A DNA stretch of 8,430 nt from a virus (Duplodnaviria > Heunggongvirae > Uroviricota > Caudoviricetes). The DNA lies in IMG/VR virus record IMGVR_UViG_2667527792_000006, positions 1-8,430 of that record; one strand, 5' to 3'. Position numbers and translations under genes: made by a program. Of this stretch, positions 1 to 8,430 are shown piece after piece (position 1 is the first letter of the stretch; each line of letters opens with the position of its first letter). The notes beneath the pieces were generated by a model. That model was not told the DNA's origin and did no database searches. It saw nothing but the letters and a program-made list of their open reading frames with translations.

Positions 1-299
1 GGCGCAACAGCGGGTGTGCGGCTGAGAGCCGCATCGGGGAAGTTGTGTCCATTTTCAGGGGAATGGAGTAAAAAACCATCAGTGATATGCAGTATCAATC
101 GATAAGATCCATTTAATTGACGGCGGTGCACTCATGGCACGCAGGCAGTGTTGAATAAACATCCGTTTTTTGGGTGTTTTTTTAATCTTTTTGGGATTTA
201 AATTCCTATCGATGAACGTTCGCGACGACCGCAACGCCGGATCAGCGCTGGCCCCGGCAGTGTGTTTCGCTTACAGCCCGGACAGAAAAGGCATCCACT

Positions 300-315
300 C
301 CACTGCATGCAGTGG
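300..315. repeat. 16-bp perfect palindrome CCACTGCATGCAGTGG
   Basis: Seen directly: positions 300-315 are self-complementary around a central GCATGC (SphI-like) core. Sits in a locally GC-richer patch of the otherwise AT-rich first segment. Confidence 0.5.
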
Positions 316-495
316 CGATCGTGAAGAAATACCTTCAGCATCAGAGTTATTGACTGATTGTTTGAATTTTCGGACAAACTCCTTTATTTTTAAAGAGTTG
401 ACTGAAATCAAAAGTTCTTTTTTGTTTGAGTGTATAGCAAAATCTAACCCGTAGATAATAATCTGAAACTATTCATAGACTATCACTATTTTCTA

Positions 496-747
496 CTATA
501 ATCTACTTTTGACAGAATTGATTTCGTAGGCACTATTTTTCTCTGGGCTAAAAATAATAAACCTTCGACTACCCGATCTAAATGATTTTGATAATACCAA
601 ATTGCTGTTGTAACGTGCCAAAATGTAATGCCATTCATTTTTATATCTTACCATTCCATATTCCTTTCTGAATTGCGGCTTATACCATCCAACAACCAAA
701 GAAAACATCCAAAAATAAACTAAAAACCATGCCATGTTGAATTCCAC
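496..747 (-). CDS. Downstream ORF (83 aa) continuing the membrane protein: one hydrophobic helix then a basic tail of about 60 aa
   Basis: GTG at 745-747 (ATG at 733-735). Overlaps the upstream ORF by 28 bp in another frame. A single-base insertion in the A5/T5 run would fuse the two frames (...STWHGF + LVYFWMF...). TAG stop at 496-498. Confidence 0.4.
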   Translation of the reverse strand: MEFNMAWFLVYFWMFSLVVGWYKPQFRKEYGMVRYKNEWHYILARYNSNLVLSKSFRSGSRRFIIFSPEKNSAYEINSVKSRL

Positions 748-1211
748 TCGATGTTTTCGAAGGAACTTGTTTTGCAGTATAAAAGCGAATGAAAAAAATG
801 CCCGTATCCTCTCACCACAAAAGTGATAGCAGCCGCAACTATAACAGAGAAGACCGTTAGCTTAATTGCAATATCTTGCTTTAATATAGAGAATTCGATA
901 ATAACAGGGGTAAATAGCAGAAAAATGGCAAGAAAAAGCCTTGTAAAACTCAATTCCTGCATATTACTGCGCTGTTTTACACTAATAAAAAATGCCAAAC
1001 CTATTCCCCATCCCAACAGAAATATTCCCATCACAGTGACAGCATATAATAGACTTCTGGCAACATCATCCATTCCAGCGCTAACAACCCACCATGGGTA
1101 TCCATAGTAAAAGGATATCCCCCAACCGTAAAAGTACGCACTTTCCCATCCTAAACATCCCATGTAAGCTACAAATAATGATGAATTTTTAATCAGCTTA
1201 TTGTCATCCAT
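720..1211 (-). CDS. Hypothetical polytopic membrane protein, upstream ORF (163 aa); probably the 5' part of a frameshifted gene of about 246 aa
   Basis: ATG at 1209-1211 with weak GAGA Shine-Dalgarno upstream. About four hydrophobic helices rich in W/Y/G/F. Visibly AT-rich compared with the rest of the window. TAG stop at 720-722 sits immediately after an A5 run (722-726, T5 on the coding strand). No family recognised. Confidence 0.5.
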   Translation of the reverse strand: MDDNKLIKNSSLFVAYMGCLGWESAYFYGWGISFYYGYPWWVVSAGMDDVARSLLYAVTVMGIFLLGWGIGLAFFISVKQRSNMQELSFTRLFLAIFLLFTPVIIEFSILKQDIAIKLTVFSVIVAAAITFVVRGYGHFFHSLLYCKTSSFENIEWNSTWHGF

Positions 1212-1297
1212 GTTAATTCTCGTAATTTTTCAGTAGAATTAATTAACTATAAAAATTTAATCTGTTAGATATTTAGACGCGATAATAACAGAGGTTT

Positions 1298-1317
1298 TTG
1301 TGTAGAAAAATACACAA
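1298..1317. repeat. Inverted repeat TTGTGTA-GAAAAA-TACACAA in the AT-rich region upstream of the membrane-protein ORF
   Basis: Seen directly: 7-bp arms at 1298-1304 and 1311-1317 are exact reverse complements. Lies 87-106 bp upstream of the ATG at 1211 on the template side. Operator-like, function unknown. Confidence 0.45.
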
Positions 1318-1463
1318 GATAGGTTTAACTCATGTGTTGATCCCTTCTTGAATGAAATGGAGCTAAATCTATTTGGATAGTCTGGTAATAACCAATTATT
1401 TGCATTAGTTGCGACTAGATCTGACACATAGCCTTGACAGGTTGAGAGTTACCGGTTTTGTAT

Positions 1464-1658
1464 CTGGTATTAACCGGGCGTTATTTCCAGGAGATTAACG
1501 GTAAGCGCGTGTTACTGGAACGGGGCGATTTTGTTTTTATTCCGTTAGGTTCGCACCATCAAAGTTTTTATGAGTTTGGTGCCACGCGTATATTGAACGT
1601 TGGGATCAGTAAACGCTTTTTTGAGCAGCATTACCTGCCGTTGTTGCCTTATTGCTTC
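1464..1658 (+). pseudogene. chbR: AraC-family regulator internal fragment (N-terminal sugar-binding domain), matching ChbR at roughly residues 50-115; no start, no HTH domain
   Basis: Translation [65 protein letters not shown] matches my recollection of E. coli ChbR. The frame then runs into cusA-derived sequence. Boundaries are +/-5 bp. Confidence 0.55.
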
Positions 1659-2667
1659 TGCGCTTGCCGAGCGTCTGGAAGGTGGGCGCTATATCAACGT
1701 TGAGATTAACCGTGAAAAAGCCGCGCGTTACGGTATGACGGTGGCGGATGTGCAGTTGTTTGTGACTTCTGCGGTGGGCGGGGCGATGGTTGGCGAAACG
1801 GTGGAAGGGATTGCCCGTTATCCCATTAATCTGCGTTATCCGCAAAGCTGGCGCGATAGTCCGCAGGCACTGCGCCAGTTGCCGATCCTGACGCCGATGA
1901 AGCAGCAAATCACCCTGGCAGACGTGGCCGACGTTAAAGTCTCTACCGGACCGTCGATGCTGAAAACCGAGAATGCGCGCCCGACGAGCTGGATTTATAT
2001 CGATGCCCGCGATCGTGACATGGTGTCGGTGGTTCACGATTTGCAAAAAGTGATAGCTGAAAAAGTGCAGTTAAAACCGGGCACCAGCGTGGCATTCTCC
2101 GGGCAGTTCGAGCTACTGGAGCGCGCCAACCATAAGCTGAAACTCATGGTGCCGATGACACTGATGATCATCTTCGTGCTGTTGTATCTGGCATTCCGTC
2201 GGGTGGGCGAAGCGTTGCTGATTATCAGCAGCGTACCGTTTGCGCTGGTGGGCGGCATCTGGTTGCTGTGGTGGATGGGCTTTCATCTTTCTGTGGCGAC
2301 GGGTACTGGCTTTATTGCCCTTGCCGGGGTCGCCGCCGAATTTGGCGTGGTGATGCTGATGTATTTACGTCACGCCATAGAGGCCGAGCCGTCGTTGAAT
2401 AATCCGCAAACATTCAGTGAGCAGAAGCTGGATGAGGCGTTGTATCACGGCGCGGTACTGCGCGTGCGCCCGAAAGCGATGACGGTGGCGGTGATTATCG
2501 CCGGTCTGCTGCCGATTCTGTGGGGAACGGGGGCTGGTTCAGAGGTGATGAGCCGGATTGCCGCACCGATGATTGGCGGCATGATCACCGCACCTTTGCT
2601 GTCGCTGTTTATTATCCCGGCGGCGTATAAGCTGATGTGGCTGCACCGACATCGGGTACGGAAATAA
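1659..2667 (+). CDS. cusA: CusA copper/silver RND efflux pump, C-terminal ~335 aa only (5'-truncated at a junction); the ORF-track start at 1600 lies in unrelated sequence
   Basis: Translation ends ...[23 protein letters not shown] with TAA at 2665-2667, matching the CusA C-terminus. Typical RND transmembrane helices ([15 protein letters not shown]..., [11 protein letters not shown]...). Confidence 0.85.
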
Positions 2668-2768
2668 AAGCAGGATACCCCGTTTAACCGTGTGGATTGT
2701 GTCTTGCGACGATGGGCACTAAATGTTAAAAGGTGCCCCTCAACAAAAAAGACACACAGGGGAAAGGC
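2668..2768 (+). promoter_or_regulatory. cusA-pheP intergenic region with pheP 5' leader and ribosome-binding site
   Basis: AGGGG motif at 2758-2762, 6 nt upstream of the GTG at 2769. This intergenic spacing is the native cusA-pheP arrangement in E. coli. Confidence 0.5.
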
Positions 2769-3739
2769 GTGAAAAACGCGTCAACCGTATCGGAAGATAC
2801 TGCGTCGAATCAAGAGCCGACGCTTCATCGCGGATTACATAACCGTCATATTCAACTGATTGCGCTGGGTGGCGCAATTGGTACTGGTCTGTTTCTTGGC
2901 ATTGGCCCGGCGATTCAGATGGCGGGTCCGGCTGTATTGCTGGGCTACGGCGTCGCCGGGATCATCGCTTTCCTGATTATGCGCCAGCTCGGCGAGATGG
3001 TGGTCGAAGAGCCGGTATCCGGTTCGTTTGCCCACTTTGCCTATAAATACTGGGGACCGTTCGCGGGCTTCCTCTCTGGCTGGAACTACTGGGTGATGTT
3101 CGTGCTGGTGGGGATGGCAGAGCTGACCGCTGCGGGCATCTATATGCAGTACTGGTTCCCGGATGTTCCAACGTGGATTTGGGCTGCCGCCTTCTTTATT
3201 ATCATCAACGCCGTTAACCTGGTGAACGTGCGCTTATATGGCGAAACCGAGTTCTGGTTTGCGTTGATTAAAGTGCTGGCGATCATCGGTATGATCGGCT
3301 TTGGCCTGTGGCTGCTGTTTTCTGGTCACGGCGGCGAGAAAGCCAGTATCGACAACCTCTGGCGCTACGGTGGTTTCTTCGCCACCGGCTGGAATGGGCT
3401 GATTTTGTCGCTGGCGGTAATTATGTTCTCCTTCGGCGGTCTGGAGCTGATTGGGATTACTGCCGCTGAAGCGCGCGATCCGGAAAAAAGCATTCCAAAA
3501 GCGGTAAATCAGGTGGTGTATCGCATCCTGCTGTTTTACATCGGTTCACTGGTGGTTTTACTGGCGCTCTATCCGTGGGTGGAAGTGAAATCCAACAGTA
3601 GCCCGTTTGTGATGATTTTCCATAATCTCGACAGCAACGTGGTAGCTTCTGCGCTGAACTTCGTCATTCTGGTAGCATCGCTGTCAGTGTATAACAGCGG
3701 GGTTTACTCTAACAGCCGCATGCTGTTTGGCCTTTCTGT
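2769..3739 (+). CDS. pheP: PheP phenylalanine-specific APC-family permease, N-terminal ~323 of 458 aa (3'-truncated); the ORF reads on to 3815 through foreign sequence
   Basis: GTG start giving [42 protein letters not shown]..., matching PheP. Match ends after ...[10 protein letters not shown]; the tail [24 protein letters not shown] is ybhG-derived DNA read in the wrong frame. Confidence 0.85.
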
Positions 3740-3967
3740 CCGGCGACCATCAGTTTTGTCGCCAGTGTCGCCCAGTTCACGCCAAAAACCGTCGAAACCA
3801 GCGATGAACGGCTGAAACTGATGTTCCGCGTCAAAGCGCGTATCCCACCGGAATTACTCCAGCAGCATCTGGAATATGTCAAAACCGGTTTACCGGGCGT
3901 AGCGTGGGTGCGGGTGAATGAAGAACTTCCGTGGCCTGACGACCTCGTGGTGAGGTTGCCGCAATGA
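3740..3967 (+). CDS. ybhG: HlyD-family membrane fusion protein, C-terminal ~75 aa fragment (ybhG-like)
   Basis: Frame gives ...[53 protein letters not shown] with TGA at 3965-3967 overlapping the next ATG (ATGA). No 5' end present. Confidence 0.55.
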
Positions 3968-4354
3968 CGCATCTGGAACTGGTTCCCGTCCCGCCTGTCG
4001 CGCAACTGGCGGGCGTGAGCCAGCATTATGGAAAAACCGTTGCGCTGAACAATATTACTCTCGATATTCCGGCCCGCTGTATGGTCGGGCTGATTGGTCC
4101 GGATGGCGTCGGGAAGTCGAGCTTATTGTCGTTGATTTCCGGTGCCCGCGTCATTGAGCAGGGCAATGTGATGGTGCTGGGCGGCGATATGCGCGACCCG
4201 AGGCATCGCCGCGACGTCTGCCCGCGCATCGCCTGGATGCCGCAGGGGCTGGGCAAAAACCTCTACCACACCTTGTCGGTGTATGAAAACGTCGATTTTT
4301 TCGCTCGCCTGTTCGGTCACGACAAAGCGGAGCGGGAAGTGCGAATTAATGAAC
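3964..4354 (+). CDS. ybhF: ABC transporter ATP-binding protein, N-terminal ~130 aa fragment (ybhF-like); the ORF runs to 4377 in glmS-derived sequence
   Basis: [53 protein letters not shown]... with Walker A motif GPDGVGKSS. Match ends after ...EREVRINEL; the tail CRSGRC* is chimeric. Confidence 0.6.
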
Positions 4355-5143
4355 TCTGCCGGTCTGGCCGTTGTTGATGCAGAAGGTCATATGACCCGCC
4401 TGCGTCGCCTCGGTAAAGTCCAGATGCTGGCTCAGGCAGCGGAAGAACATCCTCTGCATGGCGGCACCGGTATTGCTCATACTCGCTGGGCGACCCACGG
4501 TGAACCTTCAGAAGTGAATGCGCATCCGCATGTTTCTGAACACATTGTGGTGGTGCATAACGGCATCATCGAAAACCATGAACCGCTGCGTGAAGAGTTA
4601 AAAGCGCGTGGCTATACCTTCGTTTCTGAAACTGACACCGAAGTGATTGCCCATCTGGTGAACTGGGAGCTGAAACAAGGCGGGACTCTGCGTGAGGCTG
4701 TTCTGCGTGCTATCCCGCAGCTGCGTGGTGCGTACGGTACAGTGATTATGGACTCCCGTCACCCGGATACCCTGCTGGCGGCACGTTCTGGTAGTCCGCT
4801 GGTGATTGGCCTGGGTATGGGCGAAAACTTTATCGCTTCTGACCAGCTGGCGCTGTTGCCGGTGACCCGTCGCTTTATCTTCCTTGAAGAGGGCGATATT
4901 GCGGAAATTACTCGCCGTTCGGTAAACATCTTCGATAAAACTGGCGCGGAAGTAAAACGTCAGGATATTGAATCCAATCTGCAATATGACGCGGGCGATA
5001 AAGGTATTTACCGTCACTACATGCAGAAAGAGATCTACGAACAGCCAAACGCGATCAAAAACACCCTTACCGGGCGCATCAGCCACGGTCAGGTTGATTT
5101 AAGCGAGCTGGGACCGAACGCCGACGAACTGCTGTCGAAGGTT
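4355..5143 (+). CDS. glmS: GlmS glutamine--fructose-6-phosphate aminotransferase, internal fragment (about residues 31-293 of 609); lacks the N-terminal catalytic Cys and the whole isomerase domain
   Basis: [60 protein letters not shown]...NADELLSKV matches GlmS. The ORF-track start at 4283 lies in ybhF sequence, and the tail FSTA* is nikE antisense. Confidence 0.9.
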
Positions 5144-5960
<817 letters not shown>

Positions 5961-5964
<4 letters not shown>

Positions 5965-6284
5965 TGCGGAAAGTACCTGTACGGGCCGACAAGCCAGCCA
6001 AAACTCTGCGGCATGTCGAGTTTCTCCACTTCCGTAACCGACGAGCGGTTTTCGTAAAAATGGCTGATAAGCATCAGCATCCCCAGACGAATATCATCCG
6101 GCAGGTGCAGCCCGTCCGGATCGCTGTCCGGAATGGTTTCATGCGGTGCATAGAGCTTCCGGTTCAGATACGTTTCCGTCCGCTTTTGTGCCGCACAGGC
6201 CAGCAGTTGCAGATGGCGGTCATCAGTATCGAAATCCTCATCCAGCCGGAGTTGGGCTTTAATCTCTTCCATTGTCAGAAGCAT
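5961..6284 (-). CDS. Phage gp6-like head-tail connector / head completion protein
   Basis: 107 aa, MLLTMEEIKAQLRLDEDFDTDDRHLQLL... resembles the HK97 gp6-like connector family. Tightly packed after the capsid gene and the small ORF. Confidence 0.65.
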
Positions 6285-6286
6285 GC

Positions 6287-6487
6287 TCAGCCCTCTTTAC
6301 TGGTCGTGGCTTTTTTCTCTTTTGCCGCTTTACTGCTTTTTGCACTGATTCCGCGCTCTGCTAACCCGGCCTGAAGTGCAATCTCCTGCACACGGGCAGG
6401 AAGCGCCCCGTCGTCATACTCACCGGCCCGAATGACCTCAACACGCATACCGTCCGGTGACCATTTCAGATCTTGTTTCAGGATCAT
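6287..6487 (-). CDS. Hypothetical 66-aa protein inside the head module, with a Lys/Ala/Ser-rich C-terminal tail
   Basis: ATG at 6485-6487; stop 2 nt before the connector ATG. Same strand and tight packing as the flanking structural genes. No recognisable family. Confidence 0.4.
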   Translation of the reverse strand: MILKQDLKWSPDGMRVEVIRAGEYDDGALPARVQEIALQAGLAERGISAKSSKAAKEKKATTSKEG

Positions 6488-6510
6488 GATTCTTCACCCG
6501 TCAGAACAGG

Positions 6511-6528
6511 GGGCGCGGTTCCGCGCCC
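6511..6528 (-). other. GC-rich hairpin (GGGCGCGG-TT-CCGCGCCC) between the capsid stop and the 66-aa ORF start
   Basis: Seen directly: 8-bp GC-only arms (effectively a 7-bp stem with a 4-nt loop) within the 47-nt intergenic gap on the transcribed strand. No U-tract follows, so not a classic intrinsic terminator. Confidence 0.4.
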
Positions 6529-6536
6529 ATGAATGA

Positions 6537-7742
6537 TTACGCCGCTGCAATCTTCAGCAGTTTGATGGCCTGCGAATCGACCAGCATGCCGCCGGTGCGC
6601 TTGGTGGTATAAAAACCGACAAATGGTTTATTGGTGTACGGATCACGCAGAATGCGGGTACCGATACGGTCAACGATGGTGTAACCCCGCTTGAAGTTAC
6701 CAAATGCAATAGCTTTCGCATCAGCGGCGATATCCGGCATCTGTTCGTTTTCAGCGATACCGTAACCCGCCAGAGAGGACGGTTGCCCCAGCTCCAGCCC
6801 CGGACGCCACAGATAGTTACCCTCGGTGTCTTTCAACAGACGGATGGCAAACAGGCTGTTGTTGTTCATCATGAACTTCGCGCCAGTGCGGTGTGCCTTA
6901 CGCAGCGTGTAAATCAGTTTGATAATGGCGTCTGCGGTCACCGTCGTCGCTTCACCGGATACAATATGCTGAAGTTTACCGAACGCACGAACCTTATCGG
7001 TTTCATCGGTGGATTCATACGCCAGGAACCCTTTTGGCTTCTTGGTGCCATCACCGGTGGTAAAGGCAATTTCTTCCTGTTCAGCAAATTCGGTCGCCAG
7101 CTCGCTGTTGATCCAGGCCTCCACGTTGAAGAAGGCATCATCCAGCATTTTCTGAGTGGCCTGCGGGTTACCGTAGATTTCCCCCATGAAAGGTTCAATC
7201 AGCCCCAGTTTTGAGGTGGCAGTCTGGGAGCGCGCGTCAGTCTCGCCCACCCATCCGGAAGCCGTGCCGCCCAGATTCACCAGTTTTTTGTAGTCGGAAC
7301 CGCCAACAGTGATCACCGTGGCTTCCTGGCGCATCACCACTTCATCTTTCAGCAGGGTGAGAATGTTGCGATCCAGTGCTTCCGGCACGGCATAGCCACC
7401 GTCTTCATCGGTGCCCACCTGTAATGCCTTGCGCTCCAGATCGCGCAGACCGTCTTCACGGCCTTTACGCAGAAAGCCCACAAACGCTTCTTTATGCTCA
7501 GTGGCCAGTTTATTTTGCACACCACCTGCCGGACGTTTCAGCTCAAGCAGCTCTTTTTCAAGGTCGCTTTTGAGATTTTCCAGCTCGCTGAGTTTCCCGT
7601 TCAGGGTTTCCACCTGCCCGGCAAGTTTGCCTTTTTCCTGCTCAATCGCATCCACGCGCTTGTCGTTCTTTGCCTTGAAGTCGTCAAACTTCTGCTGCAG
7701 CTCCTGCGCGACCTGTTCCACATCTTTAATATCAACCGCCAT
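6537..7742 (-). CDS. HK97-fold major capsid protein with N-terminal coiled-coil delta (scaffold) domain
   Basis: 401 aa. First ~70 aa are heptad-like and charged (VEQVAQELQQKFDDFKAKNDKRVDAIEQEKGKLAGQVETLNGKLSELENLKSDLEKELLELK), followed by a capsid-like body. Strong AGGAG Shine-Dalgarno 7 nt upstream of the ATG at 7740-7742. Confidence 0.85.
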   Translation of the reverse strand: MAVDIKDVEQVAQELQQKFDDFKAKNDKRVDAIEQEKGKLAGQVETLNGKLSELENLKSDLEKELLELKRPAGGVQNKLATEHKEAFVGFLRKGREDGLRDLERKALQVGTDEDGGYAVPEALDRNILTLLKDEVVMRQEATVITVGGSDYKKLVNLGGTASGWVGETDARSQTATSKLGLIEPFMGEIYGNPQATQKMLDDAFFNVEAWINSELATEFAEQEEIAFTTGDGTKKPKGFLAYESTDETDKVRAFGKLQHIVSGEATTVTADAIIKLIYTLRKAHRTGAKFMMNNNSLFAIRLLKDTEGNYLWRPGLELGQPSSLAGYGIAENEQMPDIAADAKAIAFGNFKRGYTIVDRIGTRILRDPYTNKPFVGFYTTKRTGGMLVDSQAIKLLKIAAA

Positions 7743-7756
7743 CGTATTTCTCCTGA

Positions 7757-8407
7757 TTAGAAGTTCAGATTTTTCAGTGCATTCAGTGCAGAGCCCACAT
7801 CCTCAGCGTCGCGCAGGGACAGTGCGCCATAGCCCCCGGCCATGAATGCTTTGGCCTGGGTACGGGAGAGTCCGACATCACGCAGGACTCTTTCGATTTT
7901 TTTCTGTTCAGGGATTTCCCCGCGGGCCAGCGCGTTCTTGACGTCGCTGATCCGCGCCTCGTCGTTAGACGGAAACGTCACCAGACTGACTTCCCAGAGG
8001 TCGATTTCTTTCAGCAAAAAGGCTTCTTTCGTCCGGTCGTATTCCCAGTCTTTCAGGACGTACCCAATAGAAAGGCCGGTTAACGAACCGGCCTTCATGT
8101 GTGCATGTGCGCGTTTTGCCAGGGGATCATCATCAATAAGCAACCGTCCCCTGACGTAAAGCCCGACATCGTCTTCCTTCATTTCGGTGTAAACACCGAT
8201 GGGTTCATCCATGCGGTGCTGCCAGAGCAGCGCAGGTAACGCTTTTCTGTCACTCCACGCCCGCAGGGAAGCAGCAAATGCCCCGGACATCACCACATCA
8301 TCGTGGCTGTCCTTTACACCAAAGACGGAGCCATACCCTTCAAACTCACCGGAGTCACTGACAGATTTCAGACTCAGCGGTACATCAAGACGTTGTTTCG
8401 TCTGCAT
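7757..8407 (-). CDS. Prohead maturation protease (HK97 gp4-like, S78 family)
   Basis: 216 aa with the N-terminal pattern EFEGYGSVFGVKDSHDDVVMSGAF typical of phage prohead proteases. Sits directly upstream of the capsid gene with a 14-nt spacer. AAGGA Shine-Dalgarno 8 nt before the ATG at 8405-8407. Confidence 0.75.
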   Translation of the reverse strand: MQTKQRLDVPLSLKSVSDSGEFEGYGSVFGVKDSHDDVVMSGAFAASLRAWSDRKALPALLWQHRMDEPIGVYTEMKEDDVGLYVRGRLLIDDDPLAKRAHAHMKAGSLTGLSIGYVLKDWEYDRTKEAFLLKEIDLWEVSLVTFPSNDEARISDVKNALARGEIPEQKKIERVLRDVGLSRTQAKAFMAGGYGALSLRDAEDVGSALNALKNLNF

Positions 8408-8430
8408 TGGCGTTATCCTTCTGCTTACCG

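Noticed and set aside
350-405. Direct repeat TTGACTGA at 350-357 and 398-405
   Set aside because: Only 8 bp in AT-rich DNA, which is within chance expectation. No spacer-repeat periodicity, so not a CRISPR array or iteron set.
170-454. Plus-strand 94-aa ORF in the first segment
   Set aside because: No Shine-Dalgarno, low-complexity and implausible composition, and no recognisable domain. Probably a chance open frame in AT-rich DNA.
497-514. TATAAT and TTGACA hexamers at 497-502 and 509-514
   Set aside because: They are in the wrong order and spacing for a promoter on either strand, and they lie inside or at the end of the membrane-protein coding region.
823-1107. Plus-strand 94-aa ORF antisense to the membrane-protein gene
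   Set aside because: Entirely nested opposite a better-supported hydrophobic ORF. Typical shadow frame.
1434-1439. Consensus -35 hexamer TTGACA just upstream of the chbR-like fragment
   Set aside because: No matching -10 hexamer at proper spacing, and it sits beside an artificial junction driving only a gene fragment.
1606-2258. Minus-strand ORFs (146 and 74 aa) inside cusA
   Set aside because: Antisense to a confidently identified cusA fragment. Arg/His-rich shadow translations of GC-rich coding DNA.
2835-3171. Minus-strand ORFs (66 and 64 aa) inside pheP
   Set aside because: Antisense shadow frames within pheP. No start context.
3709-4320. Minus-strand ORFs (105, 76 and 65 aa) across the pheP/ybhG/ybhF segment
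   Set aside because: Antisense to recognised coding sequence, and they span artificial junctions.
4598-5086. Minus-strand 162-aa ORF inside glmS
   Set aside because: Antisense to glmS, whose sense frame matches the known protein over its whole length.
6783-8159. Plus-strand ORFs (143, 65, 144, 88 and 105 aa) and the minus-strand 86-aa ORF at 6938..7198 within the capsid and protease genes
   Set aside because: The plus-strand frames are antisense to well-supported capsid and protease genes. The 86-aa minus-strand frame is an alternate frame nested inside the capsid gene. All are low-complexity.

Overview
This window does not read as one natural locus. It is a mosaic of at least seven unrelated segments, joined mid-gene with no intergenic sequence or mobile-element ends at the junctions. 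(1) 1 to ~1462: a low-GC segment of unknown origin with a polytopic membrane protein on the minus strand, split into two overlapping ORFs (720..1211 and 496..747) at an A5 run, plus a 16-bp perfect palindrome and an inverted repeat. (2) ~1464-1658: an internal fragment of an AraC-family regulator, probably chbR. (3) ~1659-3739: a block matching the E. coli cusA 3' end, the native cusA-pheP intergenic region and the pheP 5' end. (4) 3740-~4354: the ybhG-like 3' end and ybhF-like 5' end, with a native ATGA overlap. (5) ~4355-5143: an internal glmS fragment lacking the N-terminal catalytic cysteine. (6) 5144-~5660, minus strand: the nikE 5' end and nikD 3' end. (7) ~5660-8430, minus strand: an HK97-type phage head-morphogenesis module (prohead protease, major capsid protein, a 66-aa unknown ORF, gp6-like connector, head-tail adaptor) that runs off the right edge and is cut on the left by the nikD junction. 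No rRNA, tRNA, CRISPR array, transposase or integrase was seen. I cannot support an intact novel multi-gene system here. The only content I cannot assign to a known family is the low-GC membrane-protein segment and the 66-aa ORF in the head module, and both are flagged as low-confidence candidates. All family and gene assignments are from recalled protein sequences, not from a search.
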